Positions 42,331 through 51,066 of a stretch of 64,000 nt of DNA are shown one piece after another. This DNA is from an uncultured Spirochaetota bacterium (lineage in GTDB: Bacteria; Spirochaetota; Spirochaetia; SZUA-6; Fen-1364), in assembly GCA_963734545.1 (NCBI GenBank), contig CAVTHO010000007.1, forward strand, positions 64,001-128,000. Reading direction: 5' to 3'. Position numbers and translations under genes: made by a program. The notes under the pieces are model-generated. The model made no database searches. It saw only the letters and a list, made by a program, of their open reading frames with translations, and was not told the origin of the DNA. The stretch's first letter is position 1; every line of letters begins with the position of its first letter.

Positions 42331-42543
42331 AATACGGACCCAGTGTAACAAATGTTAAGCTGATTTGTTTTGGTATTTATAAAAGAAGGTCACATTGCAT
42401 AGAAGTGCGGCTGGCGCGCCTATCTTGAAGGCTCGGACGGGGTCCGCGCCCTGGCAAAGAGAGACACATGTACACCCCGTTCTGACACCCCCTCCGCGTC
42501 GCCCCACTCGCCGAGATTGCTGCGAGCCAAGGATGTGGGGTCC

Positions 42544-43893
42544 ATGAGAAAAATCTTCACGTGCGGAATCGCGGTTCTCGTTCTTCTCCTGGCCGCGGGT
42601 TGCCCTAGTCCGGACGGGACGCCCGGTCCCGGGCCGTCAGAGCACAAAGCCTCCATAAAAGGCACGGTGTTCGATACCGTGACCGGCGAGCCTGTTGCCG
42701 GGGTGACCGTGGGATTTGCCGGCGCACGCGCCGGCACCGATGCCGCGGGAAGATTCGCACTGGACCTGGGCACAGGCACGGGCACGGTCAACGGATCATG
42801 GAGCATGCACAAGGAAGGCTACCAGTTCAGCTATCTCCAGGAAGTGTCCGTTGACGCAAGCCGTGACTGGGAAATAAGTGTCCCGACCCGGCGATGCAAC
42901 CGCTCCGCCTACAGTGATCGCGCATCCGTGTTCGGAAAGGTCTATTCCTCTCCCGGCGTCGAGATCGCCCTGGGCTCGAAGGTCACCGCGTACCTGTTCA
43001 GCGCAAGCGGCGCCTTCAACGCGTACTCAAACCTGCCGTATGACGGTCAATACGCGTTCTCCACCCCGATTTCCTGCGCGGACTGCCTTCTCGTGGCGCT
43101 CGTGGAGCCGGTGGGAGGCGTGGCTTTCGTTGCCATGGTCCAGGGAGTCGACCTGACAGGGCTCGCGCCGGTGAGGCAGGATGTGACAGCTCCCGAGTCG
43201 GGGTACACGGACGTCCTGATCACTCCCTCCCGCGCGGGCAACCTGGCCAGCTGCTCTTTTGTCACGAAGTACGGCCTGGTCCCGGCTTTTTTTTCCGCTC
43301 CTGTGCCGACCATGAGCTGGCGGTTCACCACGGCTGCTCCTGTTTCTGTCGGCATGTTCAATCCTTTTGCCTGGAACAAGGCAGTGTGGACTCAAATTGA
43401 AGAAGATCCCGGCTTTGGCGGCCTGCCCTCCCACGTCAAGGAATTCATCAGCATCTCCGCGCCGGGTGACTTCTCAAGTTCCGTTGTCCTCCCTGCGCCC
43501 GATCATGGTCTGGGTCCGACAGGGTGTGGGGAACCGGAAAGCCTTGCCTACGCAGACGGAGTTCTTTCTCTCAACGCCGTTGCCGGTGCCCGGTTCTACG
43601 CATACACCATGCGGGCGAGCTCGGCGGCAGGGGACATACTGGGCACGGTTGTCACCCGGAACTCCGCCGCGGTGCTGCCGGGCTGGCTCCTGAAGATCAT
43701 GAGTGACCGGACCGTGCACATGTGTTTCGACGTCCTGGACTGCGCCGCAGTACCGCAGGATCCGCTGCACGCCGGCGCCCAGTCATCGACTCCGATTGCC
43801 GTGGGACGGGTGCGGGGGAACGGCACCAGCCTCTCCTACGAGAAGCTGCTCTGCATCCCCGCCGCCGGATCGGCGGTCATTGGACTGGAATGA
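42544..43893 (+). CDS. Lipoprotein with an N-terminal carboxypeptidase-regulatory-like beta domain
   Basis: Lipobox LLAAG-C; SIKGTVFDTVTGEPVAGVTV..TDAAGRF; ends GSAVIGLE. Confidence 0.8.
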   Translation: MRKIFTCGIAVLVLLLAAGCPSPDGTPGPGPSEHKASIKGTVFDTVTGEPVAGVTVGFAGARAGTDAAGRFALDLGTGTGTVNGSWSMHKEGYQFSYLQEVSVDASRDWEISVPTRRCNRSAYSDRASVFGKVYSSPGVEIALGSKVTAYLFSASGAFNAYSNLPYDGQYAFSTPISCADCLLVALVEPVGGVAFVAMVQGVDLTGLAPVRQDVTAPESGYTDVLITPSRAGNLASCSFVTKYGLVPAFFSAPVPTMSWRFTTAAPVSVGMFNPFAWNKAVWTQIEEDPGFGGLPSHVKEFISISAPGDFSSSVVLPAPDHGLGPTGCGEPESLAYADGVLSLNAVAGARFYAYTMRASSAAGDILGTVVTRNSAAVLPGWLLKIMSDRTVHMCFDVLDCAAVPQDPLHAGAQSSTPIAVGRVRGNGTSLSYEKLLCIPAAGSAVIGLE

Positions 43894-43971
43894 TCCAGGG
43901 CAGAGGCCACTTTTCTGGAGATTCGTTGTCGGGCTTCGGCCCGAATTGAAACCTGTTCGAGGAGGTCGTGT

Positions 43972-45280
43972 ATGAAAGTGAAGTTGCTCATTCTCGGGCT
44001 CCTGCTCACGATTGTGCTTCTCGGCTGCCCGACGCCACAGATGGGCACGGGTCCCGGGACGCTGGGCGGAAAGGAGCGGACCGGCACGGTGACGCTGGCC
44101 CTGCCCAGGATCTCATCGTACCTGGCCCAGGCATTTGGCGTCTCACCCTCCCTCGTCTCGGCAGCTCCAAAGGCGCTCTTGATCATCAATCGCGTGGAGC
44201 TGAGTCTCTGGCTGAGCGGGGAAGAGATAGAAACCCTGGAGGTCAGCCCGAACACCGGGCCGAACATGATTCAGCCGATCGAATGGAGCGTCCCTTCCGC
44301 GGCCGGGTACACGGTGACGGCGAAGATCTTCAACACCAGCGTGGACGCCGCCACTCCCCTGCTCTATGGGACTTCCGATCCCTTTGACGTGTCCGCAGGT
44401 GGGACCACGAATGTGACGATCCGCCCCGTGCCCCATCCCCCCATCACGCTGGCGCCCATCACGGTACCTGCCGGTGGAGTTGCCAGCACGACACTGGCGT
44501 CCTGCTACGTCACGGGGCCGGTGGAGGCACCGGAGTATGGATGGCGCGACGAGCGCTGGTTTGCCATCGATACCTCCCTCTATTCCGCCATCCGCGTGAG
44601 CGCCGATCCGGACGCATCGAGCGCGGTGTACATGACGGTTGCGGACCAGACGGGCAAGATCCGGGCCCATGCGCTGAGCGGCGCCATGGGCAATATGGGC
44701 CCTGCCTACTGGAACTATGGCGGGGCGGCCACACTCGGCGTTCTCACGGGCGGGAGTACGTGCTACGTGGGGCTGGTCACTCTGTCGAGCACTGGCTCTT
44801 CGGTGAACAGCAGCGTCGACGTCAGCTTCTCTCCCGATGACGGATGACCCTTACGAGGAGAACGACACGATCGGAACGGCCGTGAATGTGCCCAAGACCA
44901 CGGTGATCAATGGGATCGATCTGGACAGCCCAACGTACACCTGGCCGGGAGGGGGGGGAGACTGGTACAAGTTCACGCTCACCGGAGCGGATGACCCCAA
45001 CGTCACGATTGTGCTCGAGTTCGACATGGACGTGAGCGACTTCGTACTGGGACTGTATTGGTATGTCGGCGCGGATGTGAACAGGTTGGAAGAATCCGAT
45101 ACTTCAGTCCTGTCCGGCCCCACGAACCCGGCAGCCAAGGAAAAGGAACAGATCGCCAGAACACTTGATCCGGGAGTCTATTACCTGTGGGTGCAGGCGC
45201 GCAACCAGTGGGCCAGCGGCAACAGTTATCGGCTCCAGTGGGTGGCGGGCAACGGGACCATCACGATCGGACTGGAATAG
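43972..45280 (+). CDS. Beta-rich lipoprotein with a C-terminal PPC-like domain, frameshift near 44835
   Basis: Lipobox VLLG-C; DDPYEENDT..DWYKF..LDPGVYYLWV..YRL; ends NGTITIGLE. Confidence 0.78.
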
Positions 45281-45351
45281 GCGGGGAGGGCACCTCCGGT
45301 TGATTTGACCGCGACGCGCGCCTTGTGCCGGGCAAAGGTCGAGGCGCGCGC

Positions 45352-47106
45352 TCATGTCGCGGCGGTCACGATCCTGTTCTTTCCGCCGCGCTTGGCCTCG
45401 TACAGCAGGGAGTCTGCCGCGCCGATGAGCTCTTCCGGCTGTGAGCCGTTCTCCGGGCCGACCGCGACGCCCATGCTGACTGTCACCTGGACGCAGGGAA
45501 ACGACGAGCCTTGAAGGAACTCACGGGCGGCAATGGCCGCGCGGATGCGCTCCGCCACCACCACCGCGCCTTCCCGACCGGTGTAAGGCAGCACGACGAC
45601 GAACTCCTCCCCCCCGTATCGGGCGGGGAGGTCGATCTCACGGATGCAGCTCCTGATCCTCCCTGCCAGCTCGCCCAGGATGTGGTCTCCTGCCAGGTGT
45701 CCGAGCGAATCGTTCATGGACTTGAAATCATCGATATCCATGAGCACGAGCGAGGTGGGGTGGCTCTGACGGAGTGAGCGTTTCAACTCGAGGATGAGGA
45801 ACCGCTTGAAGTAGCCCTGGTTGAAAAGCCCGGTGAGAGCGTCGTTGGCGGAAGCGCTGAGCGCCGAGCGGTAGCGCGCGCGAAGCGATTCCAGCTCGCC
45901 CTTCTGCTTCAGGAGCCGGCCGACCCGGGCCAGGATCTCCCTCGCGTCCACGGGGGGCATCATGATGTCATCCGCTCCGCTGGACAGGAAGCGGACCCTG
46001 CTTTCGGGATCGTTTTCCGGGTCCAGGACCACGAGCGGAGTGAACCGCGTCTCCTCCCGCTGCTTCAGCTGCCGGGAGATTTCGAGGGCCTCCGCGCCGC
46101 GGCCCTCCGCGTCGAGTATGATCAGTGAAGCCCCCGCCAGGCTCTCGTCGCGGGCCACGTCTTCCACGCGCCCGGCGGCCCGCACATCAAAACCTCTTGC
46201 GGCGAGCAGGGCGCGGAGGCCTTCCAGCCCGCCGTTCGCCGAAGAAAGCAGGATGCGCGGCGCTTGCCCCGAAGCGGCGAAACCCGTCTCCCCTTCCGGG
46301 ACAGTCCTGTCACCGGACATCGATCTGGACCGGAGTTGTTCCCTGTATTGCTTCAGCCGGAGGATCGAGGAAATGCGGACAAGAAGCTCCGCCTGATCCA
46401 CGGGCTTGGAAAGAAACTCGTCGGCTCCCGCCTCCAGACCGACTGCCTTGTCGTGCGCATCGAAGAGAGCAGTCACCAGGACTATCGGGATCTGCAGGGT
46501 ACGGGCGTCGCCTTTCAGTCGGCGCGTCACCTCGTAGCCGTCCAGATCCGGCATCCGCACGTCGAGCAGAACCAGGTCCGGGTATTCCTCGACGGCCTTT
46601 CTGATGGCCTCTTCGCCGCTGAACGCCTTGATGACCTCGTAGCCTTTGCTGCGCAGGCCCAGGGCGAGCGAATCGACGATCATCGGCTCGTCGTCCACCA
46701 CGAGCACGCGCGCGGTCCCCGCGGGCGCGTACGCGGTCGGCGTGTCGACCAGGCGGCCCACCGTCTCAAGGAAGGAGCTGCTGGCGATCGGCCGGGTGAT
46801 GTAGGCGTCGCACCCGGCCCGGATGGCCTCCTGCCGCAGGTCCTTCGTATCCGGGGTCACCGCGATCACCGGCAGCGCGCGCAGGCCGGGGTCTTCCTTG
46901 ATGACCTGGATCGTTCGCAGGCCGCCCATTTCGGGAAGACGCACGTCCACGATCACGCAATCAGGCGCGTACTCGCGCGCGGCACGAACGCCGTCCTCCG
47001 CGTCTGCCGCTTCCACGGTCAGATAGCCTCCCAGCGTGAGCAGTGTGCGCAGGAGCTTTGTGTTCAGCGGCTCATGTTCGATGACGAGCACCGTCCTGTT
47101 GGCCAT
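45352..47106 (-). CDS. REC-REC-REC-GGDEF diguanylate cyclase (PleD-like with an extra N-terminal receiver)
   Basis: Three receiver folds; DALTGLFN, REID I-site, GGEEF. Confidence 0.9.
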   Translation of the reverse strand: MANRTVLVIEHEPLNTKLLRTLLTLGGYLTVEAADAEDGVRAAREYAPDCVIVDVRLPEMGGLRTIQVIKEDPGLRALPVIAVTPDTKDLRQEAIRAGCDAYITRPIASSSFLETVGRLVDTPTAYAPAGTARVLVVDDEPMIVDSLALGLRSKGYEVIKAFSGEEAIRKAVEEYPDLVLLDVRMPDLDGYEVTRRLKGDARTLQIPIVLVTALFDAHDKAVGLEAGADEFLSKPVDQAELLVRISSILRLKQYREQLRSRSMSGDRTVPEGETGFAASGQAPRILLSSANGGLEGLRALLAARGFDVRAAGRVEDVARDESLAGASLIILDAEGRGAEALEISRQLKQREETRFTPLVVLDPENDPESRVRFLSSGADDIMMPPVDAREILARVGRLLKQKGELESLRARYRSALSASANDALTGLFNQGYFKRFLILELKRSLRQSHPTSLVLMDIDDFKSMNDSLGHLAGDHILGELAGRIRSCIREIDLPARYGGEEFVVVLPYTGREGAVVVAERIRAAIAAREFLQGSSFPCVQVTVSMGVAVGPENGSQPEELIGAADSLLYEAKRGGKNRIVTAAT

Positions 47107-47200
47107 GGCCACCACTATAGCGCATGCCGGCCCGCAACGGAAGCGCACCGCGGCGTGGAGTACCGCTCTGGCCGCCTGGTGCGGACTCCGTCCGCTGCGG

Positions 47201-47222
47201 GCGCCGCGGTACTCCGCGGATT
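47201..47222 (-). repeat. 22-nt hairpin repeat, single copy
   Basis: AAT-CCGCGG-AGTA-CCGCGG-CGC on the minus strand, just after a stop codon. Confidence 0.75.
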
Positions 47223-47237
47223 CGTGGCGCCGCGCTC

Positions 47238-48659
47238 TTACGTGCGCGGCCGCCGGGAGACGGCGTAGGCGGTGAGTGCCTCCCTGCGCGTGAATGCCAT
47301 GCGGCCGCAGCCTTCCGCGACGGCGGCGATCATGCTTCCGGGTAACGCGTCCAGGAAGCCTCGCGGCGTCAGCGCGCCATCGAAAACATGGCGGGCCTCG
47401 TCCAGGTGAGCGCGCACCCCGTCCGTGCCGAGGTGCAGGTAGATGAAGAGGGAAAGGGGGGAGTTCTGCAGGTCGAAGCGGGAGGCGCTTGCCCTGCCGT
47501 TCGCCAGCAGGTCGCGCAGCGTCGGGTCGAGCGGCAGGTCCGCCGAGGGGCGGTATGCGGGCAGATAGTCGTCCAGCTTGCTCCCTTTCTGCCGCGCGTC
47601 GAGGTCCCCCATGAAGAGAGCCACAGGCGCGTCGCCGCCGCTGATCTCCGCGAGCGCCTCGAGAATAGCCGCGGTCAAGAGCTTGATTCCGAGGTACCCG
47701 CGGGCCGTGATCACGTTTCTCTCGCCCCGCTTTTCCATCCGCCTGTATTCCTCCGCGGGCGGCGTGTCCCGATATCGGCCGAAGATCGTGCGGGGGTCCA
47801 GCGTCCGCAGGAAGCCTTCCATTCCCTGGAGGGCGACCCGATAGCTTCTGATGGAATATACACCCTGTGTCCGCAGGGACGGATTGGACTCCGGCAGCAG
47901 TTTCCAGGTATTGTCGAGGAACCGGGTCACCTCTTTCTCACCGAAGTTCGCCACGTCGCGGTTCGCGAAGCTCACGGCCCATCGTACCCCTTGCCGGATC
48001 CTCTCACGCGTGAGCCCTAGGCCGATTGCACGGTTCGCGTCATCGAGGCGCAGCTCGAGATGCTCGGCAGGGGTCACGCCATCCGCGCCGGGCATCCGAA
48101 ACGGGATCGTTGCCTCGATGCACGCGGTGGAAAGGATGAGGTCTTCTTCCCGGACAGCGGCCCCGAGCTTTCTGTTCATGACCAGCGCGCTCAGGAACTC
48201 GTTCATGCCGCCGAACGGCTCCAGTTTCTGACCCGGCTGAAAACCGAACACCGCGAGGGAGAGGGCAAGCTGCCGATCTCCGGCCTCCGTGACCGGCCGA
48301 AGGTACAGCGCGCCATTCCTGATTTCGATGCTCGACTCCACCGCTTCGGCGATCTGGGGGATGAATCCATGGTCGACGTGGTAATAGACGAGGTCATGAA
48401 ACAGGGCGGCCAGCGTCGTGTAAGGATTCCCGGTTTCGACCAGATCGAACACGTGCTCGGGAGTGTGGAAGCTCCGCGCCTGGGCGGTCATCGCCTGGTT
48501 GATGATGATGCCGGTGCGCTCGACCTCCGGGAGGGGCATGCGGGCGCCCAGTTCCTCGAGCGCGGTGCGCAGCAGATGGATGGAGCGGTGAATCGTTCCG
48601 GCGGGCAGCCGCAGAACGGCCCGGGGCTTCCGCTTCGTCTTCGGGGAGTTTGTTTTCAT
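47238..48659 (-). CDS. Hypothetical protein with HD-superfamily-like motifs
   Basis: RSFHTPEH, LAALFHDLVY, ANRDVANF. Confidence 0.72.
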   Translation of the reverse strand: MKTNSPKTKRKPRAVLRLPAGTIHRSIHLLRTALEELGARMPLPEVERTGIIINQAMTAQARSFHTPEHVFDLVETGNPYTTLAALFHDLVYYHVDHGFIPQIAEAVESSIEIRNGALYLRPVTEAGDRQLALSLAVFGFQPGQKLEPFGGMNEFLSALVMNRKLGAAVREEDLILSTACIEATIPFRMPGADGVTPAEHLELRLDDANRAIGLGLTRERIRQGVRWAVSFANRDVANFGEKEVTRFLDNTWKLLPESNPSLRTQGVYSIRSYRVALQGMEGFLRTLDPRTIFGRYRDTPPAEEYRRMEKRGERNVITARGYLGIKLLTAAILEALAEISGGDAPVALFMGDLDARQKGSKLDDYLPAYRPSADLPLDPTLRDLLANGRASASRFDLQNSPLSLFIYLHLGTDGVRAHLDEARHVFDGALTPRGFLDALPGSMIAAVAEGCGRMAFTRREALTAYAVSRRPRT

Positions 48660-48660
48660 T

Positions 48661-48679
48661 CGTTTCACATTGTGAAACG
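48661..48679. promoter_or_regulatory. 19-bp palindrome immediately before the ATG at 48659
   Basis: CGTTTCACA-T-TGTGAAACG. Confidence 0.45.
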
Positions 48680-48725
48680 TACTCCCCGGAATGACCATCG
48701 AGCAAGCAGGAAATGGGGCGAAGTT

Positions 48726-48799
48726 AATCCGCGGAATACCGCGGCGCACTCAATCCACGGACTACCGTGGCGCACTTAATCCACGGAATACCGTGGCGC
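48726..48799 (+). repeat. Three tandem hairpin repeats, 26-nt period
   Basis: AAT-CCGCGG-AATA-CCGCGG-CGC; AAT-CCACGG-ACTA-CCGTGG-CGC; AAT-CCACGG-AATA-CCGTGG-CGC. Confidence 0.9.
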
Positions 48800-48810
48800 T
48801 CGGTCTACGG

Positions 48811-49647
48811 TCAGGCGGGATCTCTCCGCGGCTGCCGCTGCCTGTATGCATCCGGAGGCACACCGACAACAGCCTTGAAATCACGAATGAAGTGGGCCTG
48901 GTCGAAGTATCCCATTTCCAGTGCGAGCTCGCCGCAGGTGAGGCGGGGGTCGCGCGCGAGGCGTTCAGCGGACTCCTGGAGGCGGATGCGGCGAATGACC
49001 TCCTTGGGGCCTATGCCCACCTCCCGTCGGAAGAGCCGCTGCAGCGCCCGTACATCGATGCCCGCCCGCATGGCCGCGTGCGCCACGGTGAGAATGGAGC
49101 GATCGCTCATGATGCGCTCGGCTGCGAGTGTCGACAGGGAGGGGACCTCGGAGAATCGGGAAGCCGAGGCGCGGCGTTGACGGCGCCAGAACGAGTCTGC
49201 AAGAGCCGCCCGATCCTCGTCGCGGGAAGCAGCGGCCATGGCCTGGGCCCATAGCCGTCCGTCGCTCCCGAACACCTCGGAAAAAGGTATTGATCTGCCC
49301 GTCAGGTCGCTGACCGGCCTGCCGAAGTACGGAAAGAATCCCCCCGGCCGGAACTTGATTCCGAAGACTCGTCCCCTGCCTGCGATGGTTTTCACGAAAG
49401 TGCGCGCGGGTACTCCGTACAGGAAAGCGCCTTCCGGCTCTATGGCCACATTGACGCTCGCGTGGGACAGGTTGGTTTGTCGGTGCTCCTGTCCCTCGGG
49501 CAGGTCCCACTCGACGATCCAGTAGCCTTCGATCCACGCCTGCAGGTCGGAAGCAGGCGCATGCCGGTGCAGGATGAACCGGGTGAGCGCCGAAGAGAAA
49601 TCGAGGATACCCTTTGACGGATCACGGGGGGTCACGCGCATAGGCAT
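48811..49647 (-). CDS. AraC-family regulator
   Basis: YWIVEWDL, VFGIKFRPGG, RALQRLFRREVGIGPK, GYFDQAHFIRDFK. Confidence 0.92.
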   Translation of the reverse strand: MPMRVTPRDPSKGILDFSSALTRFILHRHAPASDLQAWIEGYWIVEWDLPEGQEHRQTNLSHASVNVAIEPEGAFLYGVPARTFVKTIAGRGRVFGIKFRPGGFFPYFGRPVSDLTGRSIPFSEVFGSDGRLWAQAMAAASRDEDRAALADSFWRRQRRASASRFSEVPSLSTLAAERIMSDRSILTVAHAAMRAGIDVRALQRLFRREVGIGPKEVIRRIRLQESAERLARDPRLTCGELALEMGYFDQAHFIRDFKAVVGVPPDAYRQRQPRRDPA

Positions 49648-49775
49648 GAAAATACAATCGTTTGCGGCGGGTGGGAACTCCGGCAGAGTTTTACGATTCT
49701 TTTACACGTTTTTTTCCCGCAGATGGCAACTGGATGGCAGAGCAGGGATAGGCTCCATTGCGAAAGGAGCCTACC

Positions 49776-50975
49776 ATGAACGAATTTCACATCAGCGTAC
49801 GAGATAATGCCGCGGGGTACCGTGGACGCAACAATTCCGCGGGATACTGTGGACGCAGCAATTCCACGGGATACCGTGGACGCGTGATCCTGGTCGCCCT
49901 CGCCCTGCTTCTCGCGTCCGCCGGTCTTGCGGTCGGAGAAGACCGGATCCAGCTCGCGATTCTCCTGGACACGAGCAATTCCATGGACGGCCTCATCGGG
50001 CAGGCGAAAAGCCAGCTCTGGAAAGTGGTGAATGAGCTGGCGCGCGCCAGGAGGAACGGCAAGGCCCCCGTGCTTGAAGTGGCGCTCTTCGAATACGGGA
50101 ATGACGGGCTCGCGGGGTCTGAAGGGTATCTCCGCATGGTGTCCGACCTGACCACGGACCTCGACAGGATTTCCGAGGAGCTGTTTCAGCTCACCACGGA
50201 TGGGGGAAGCGAATACTGCGGGATGGTCATCGACAGGGCGGCGGAGAAGCTTTCGTGGAGCCGCGCCAGGGATGTCCTGAAAGTTATCTACATCGCCGGC
50301 AACGAGCCATTCACGCAGGGACCGGTTCCCTATGCGGCATCCTGCGCCCGGGCGATCAAGAAGGGCATTGTCGTCAACACGATCTTCTGCGGCAGCTTCG
50401 ACGAAGGGGTCGCGACATTCTGGAAAGACGGCGCTGACCGGGCCGACGGCAGGTACATGAGCATCGACCAGAACGAAGTGGCGGCCGCGATCGATACACC
50501 GTTCGACAAGGACATCGTCAACCTCGGGAACGAGCTCAACCGGACGTACATCGGCTATGGAAGCAGGGGTGCAGCGCTGAAAGGCCGGCAGGAGGTGCAG
50601 GACGCCAACGCCGCTTCAATGGGACAGGAAGCAACCGTGCAGCGATCGGTAGCCAAAGCCCAGGGCGCGTACGCGAACTCCGGCTGGGACCTCGTGGACG
50701 CGGTGACGAGCAGGCACGTCAGCCTCGGAGCGCTGAAGGACGAAGAGCTGCCTCCGGAAATGAAGAAAATGACCCTCGCGCAGAAAGAGCAATACGTGCG
50801 GGACCTGACGAAACGAAGGACGGAGCTCCAATCGAAGATCAACACGGAGAATGAAAAAAGGCGGGCCTGGCTGGCTGCCGCGACAAAGAACACGGCGGAG
50901 AAGAGCACGCTGGACGTGGCGATCCTCGGCTCGGTGCGGGAGCAGGCTGAGAAGATGGGTTTCTCGATCAGGTAG
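49776..50975 (+). CDS. Exported VWA-domain protein
   Basis: MIDAS motif LLDTSNSMD, GGSEYCG, IAGNEPF, WDLVDA. AAAGGAG SD. Confidence 0.88.
   Translation: MNEFHISVRDNAAGYRGRNNSAGYCGRSNSTGYRGRVILVALALLLASAGLAVGEDRIQLAILLDTSNSMDGLIGQAKSQLWKVVNELARARRNGKAPVLEVALFEYGNDGLAGSEGYLRMVSDLTTDLDRISEELFQLTTDGGSEYCGMVIDRAAEKLSWSRARDVLKVIYIAGNEPFTQGPVPYAASCARAIKKGIVVNTIFCGSFDEGVATFWKDGADRADGRYMSIDQNEVAAAIDTPFDKDIVNLGNELNRTYIGYGSRGAALKGRQEVQDANAASMGQEATVQRSVAKAQGAYANSGWDLVDAVTSRHVSLGALKDEELPPEMKKMTLAQKEQYVRDLTKRRTELQSKINTENEKRRAWLAAATKNTAEKSTLDVAILGSVREQAEKMGFSIR
49806..49883 (+). repeat. Three in-frame hairpin repeats, 27-nt period, in the 5' end of the VWA gene
   Basis: AATK-CCRCGG-GRTA-CYGTGG-ACGC x3, encoding NAAGYRGRN/NSAGYCGRS/NSTGYRGR. 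Confidence 0.85.
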
Positions 50976-50986
50976 AATCGGACCGG

Positions 50987-51015
50987 GGGGCGGCGGCGTT
51001 TGGCCGCCGCCCCTT
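50987..51015 (+). terminator. GC-rich hairpin after the VWA gene (possible terminator)
   Basis: GGGGCGGCGGC-GTTTG-GCCGCCGCCCC-TT; weak U-tract. Confidence 0.5.
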
Positions 51016-51066
51016 CATTGACAGCGCTGCCTGCGCTCTGCTAAGATTGTTGATCCAGGCTGCGCA

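Noticed and set aside
42331-42543. Possible c-di-GMP riboswitch upstream of the lipoprotein pair
   Set aside because: I could not find the class I or class II consensus elements. Only an AT-rich promoter-like stretch with a short TAACA-AA-TGTTA palindrome is visible.
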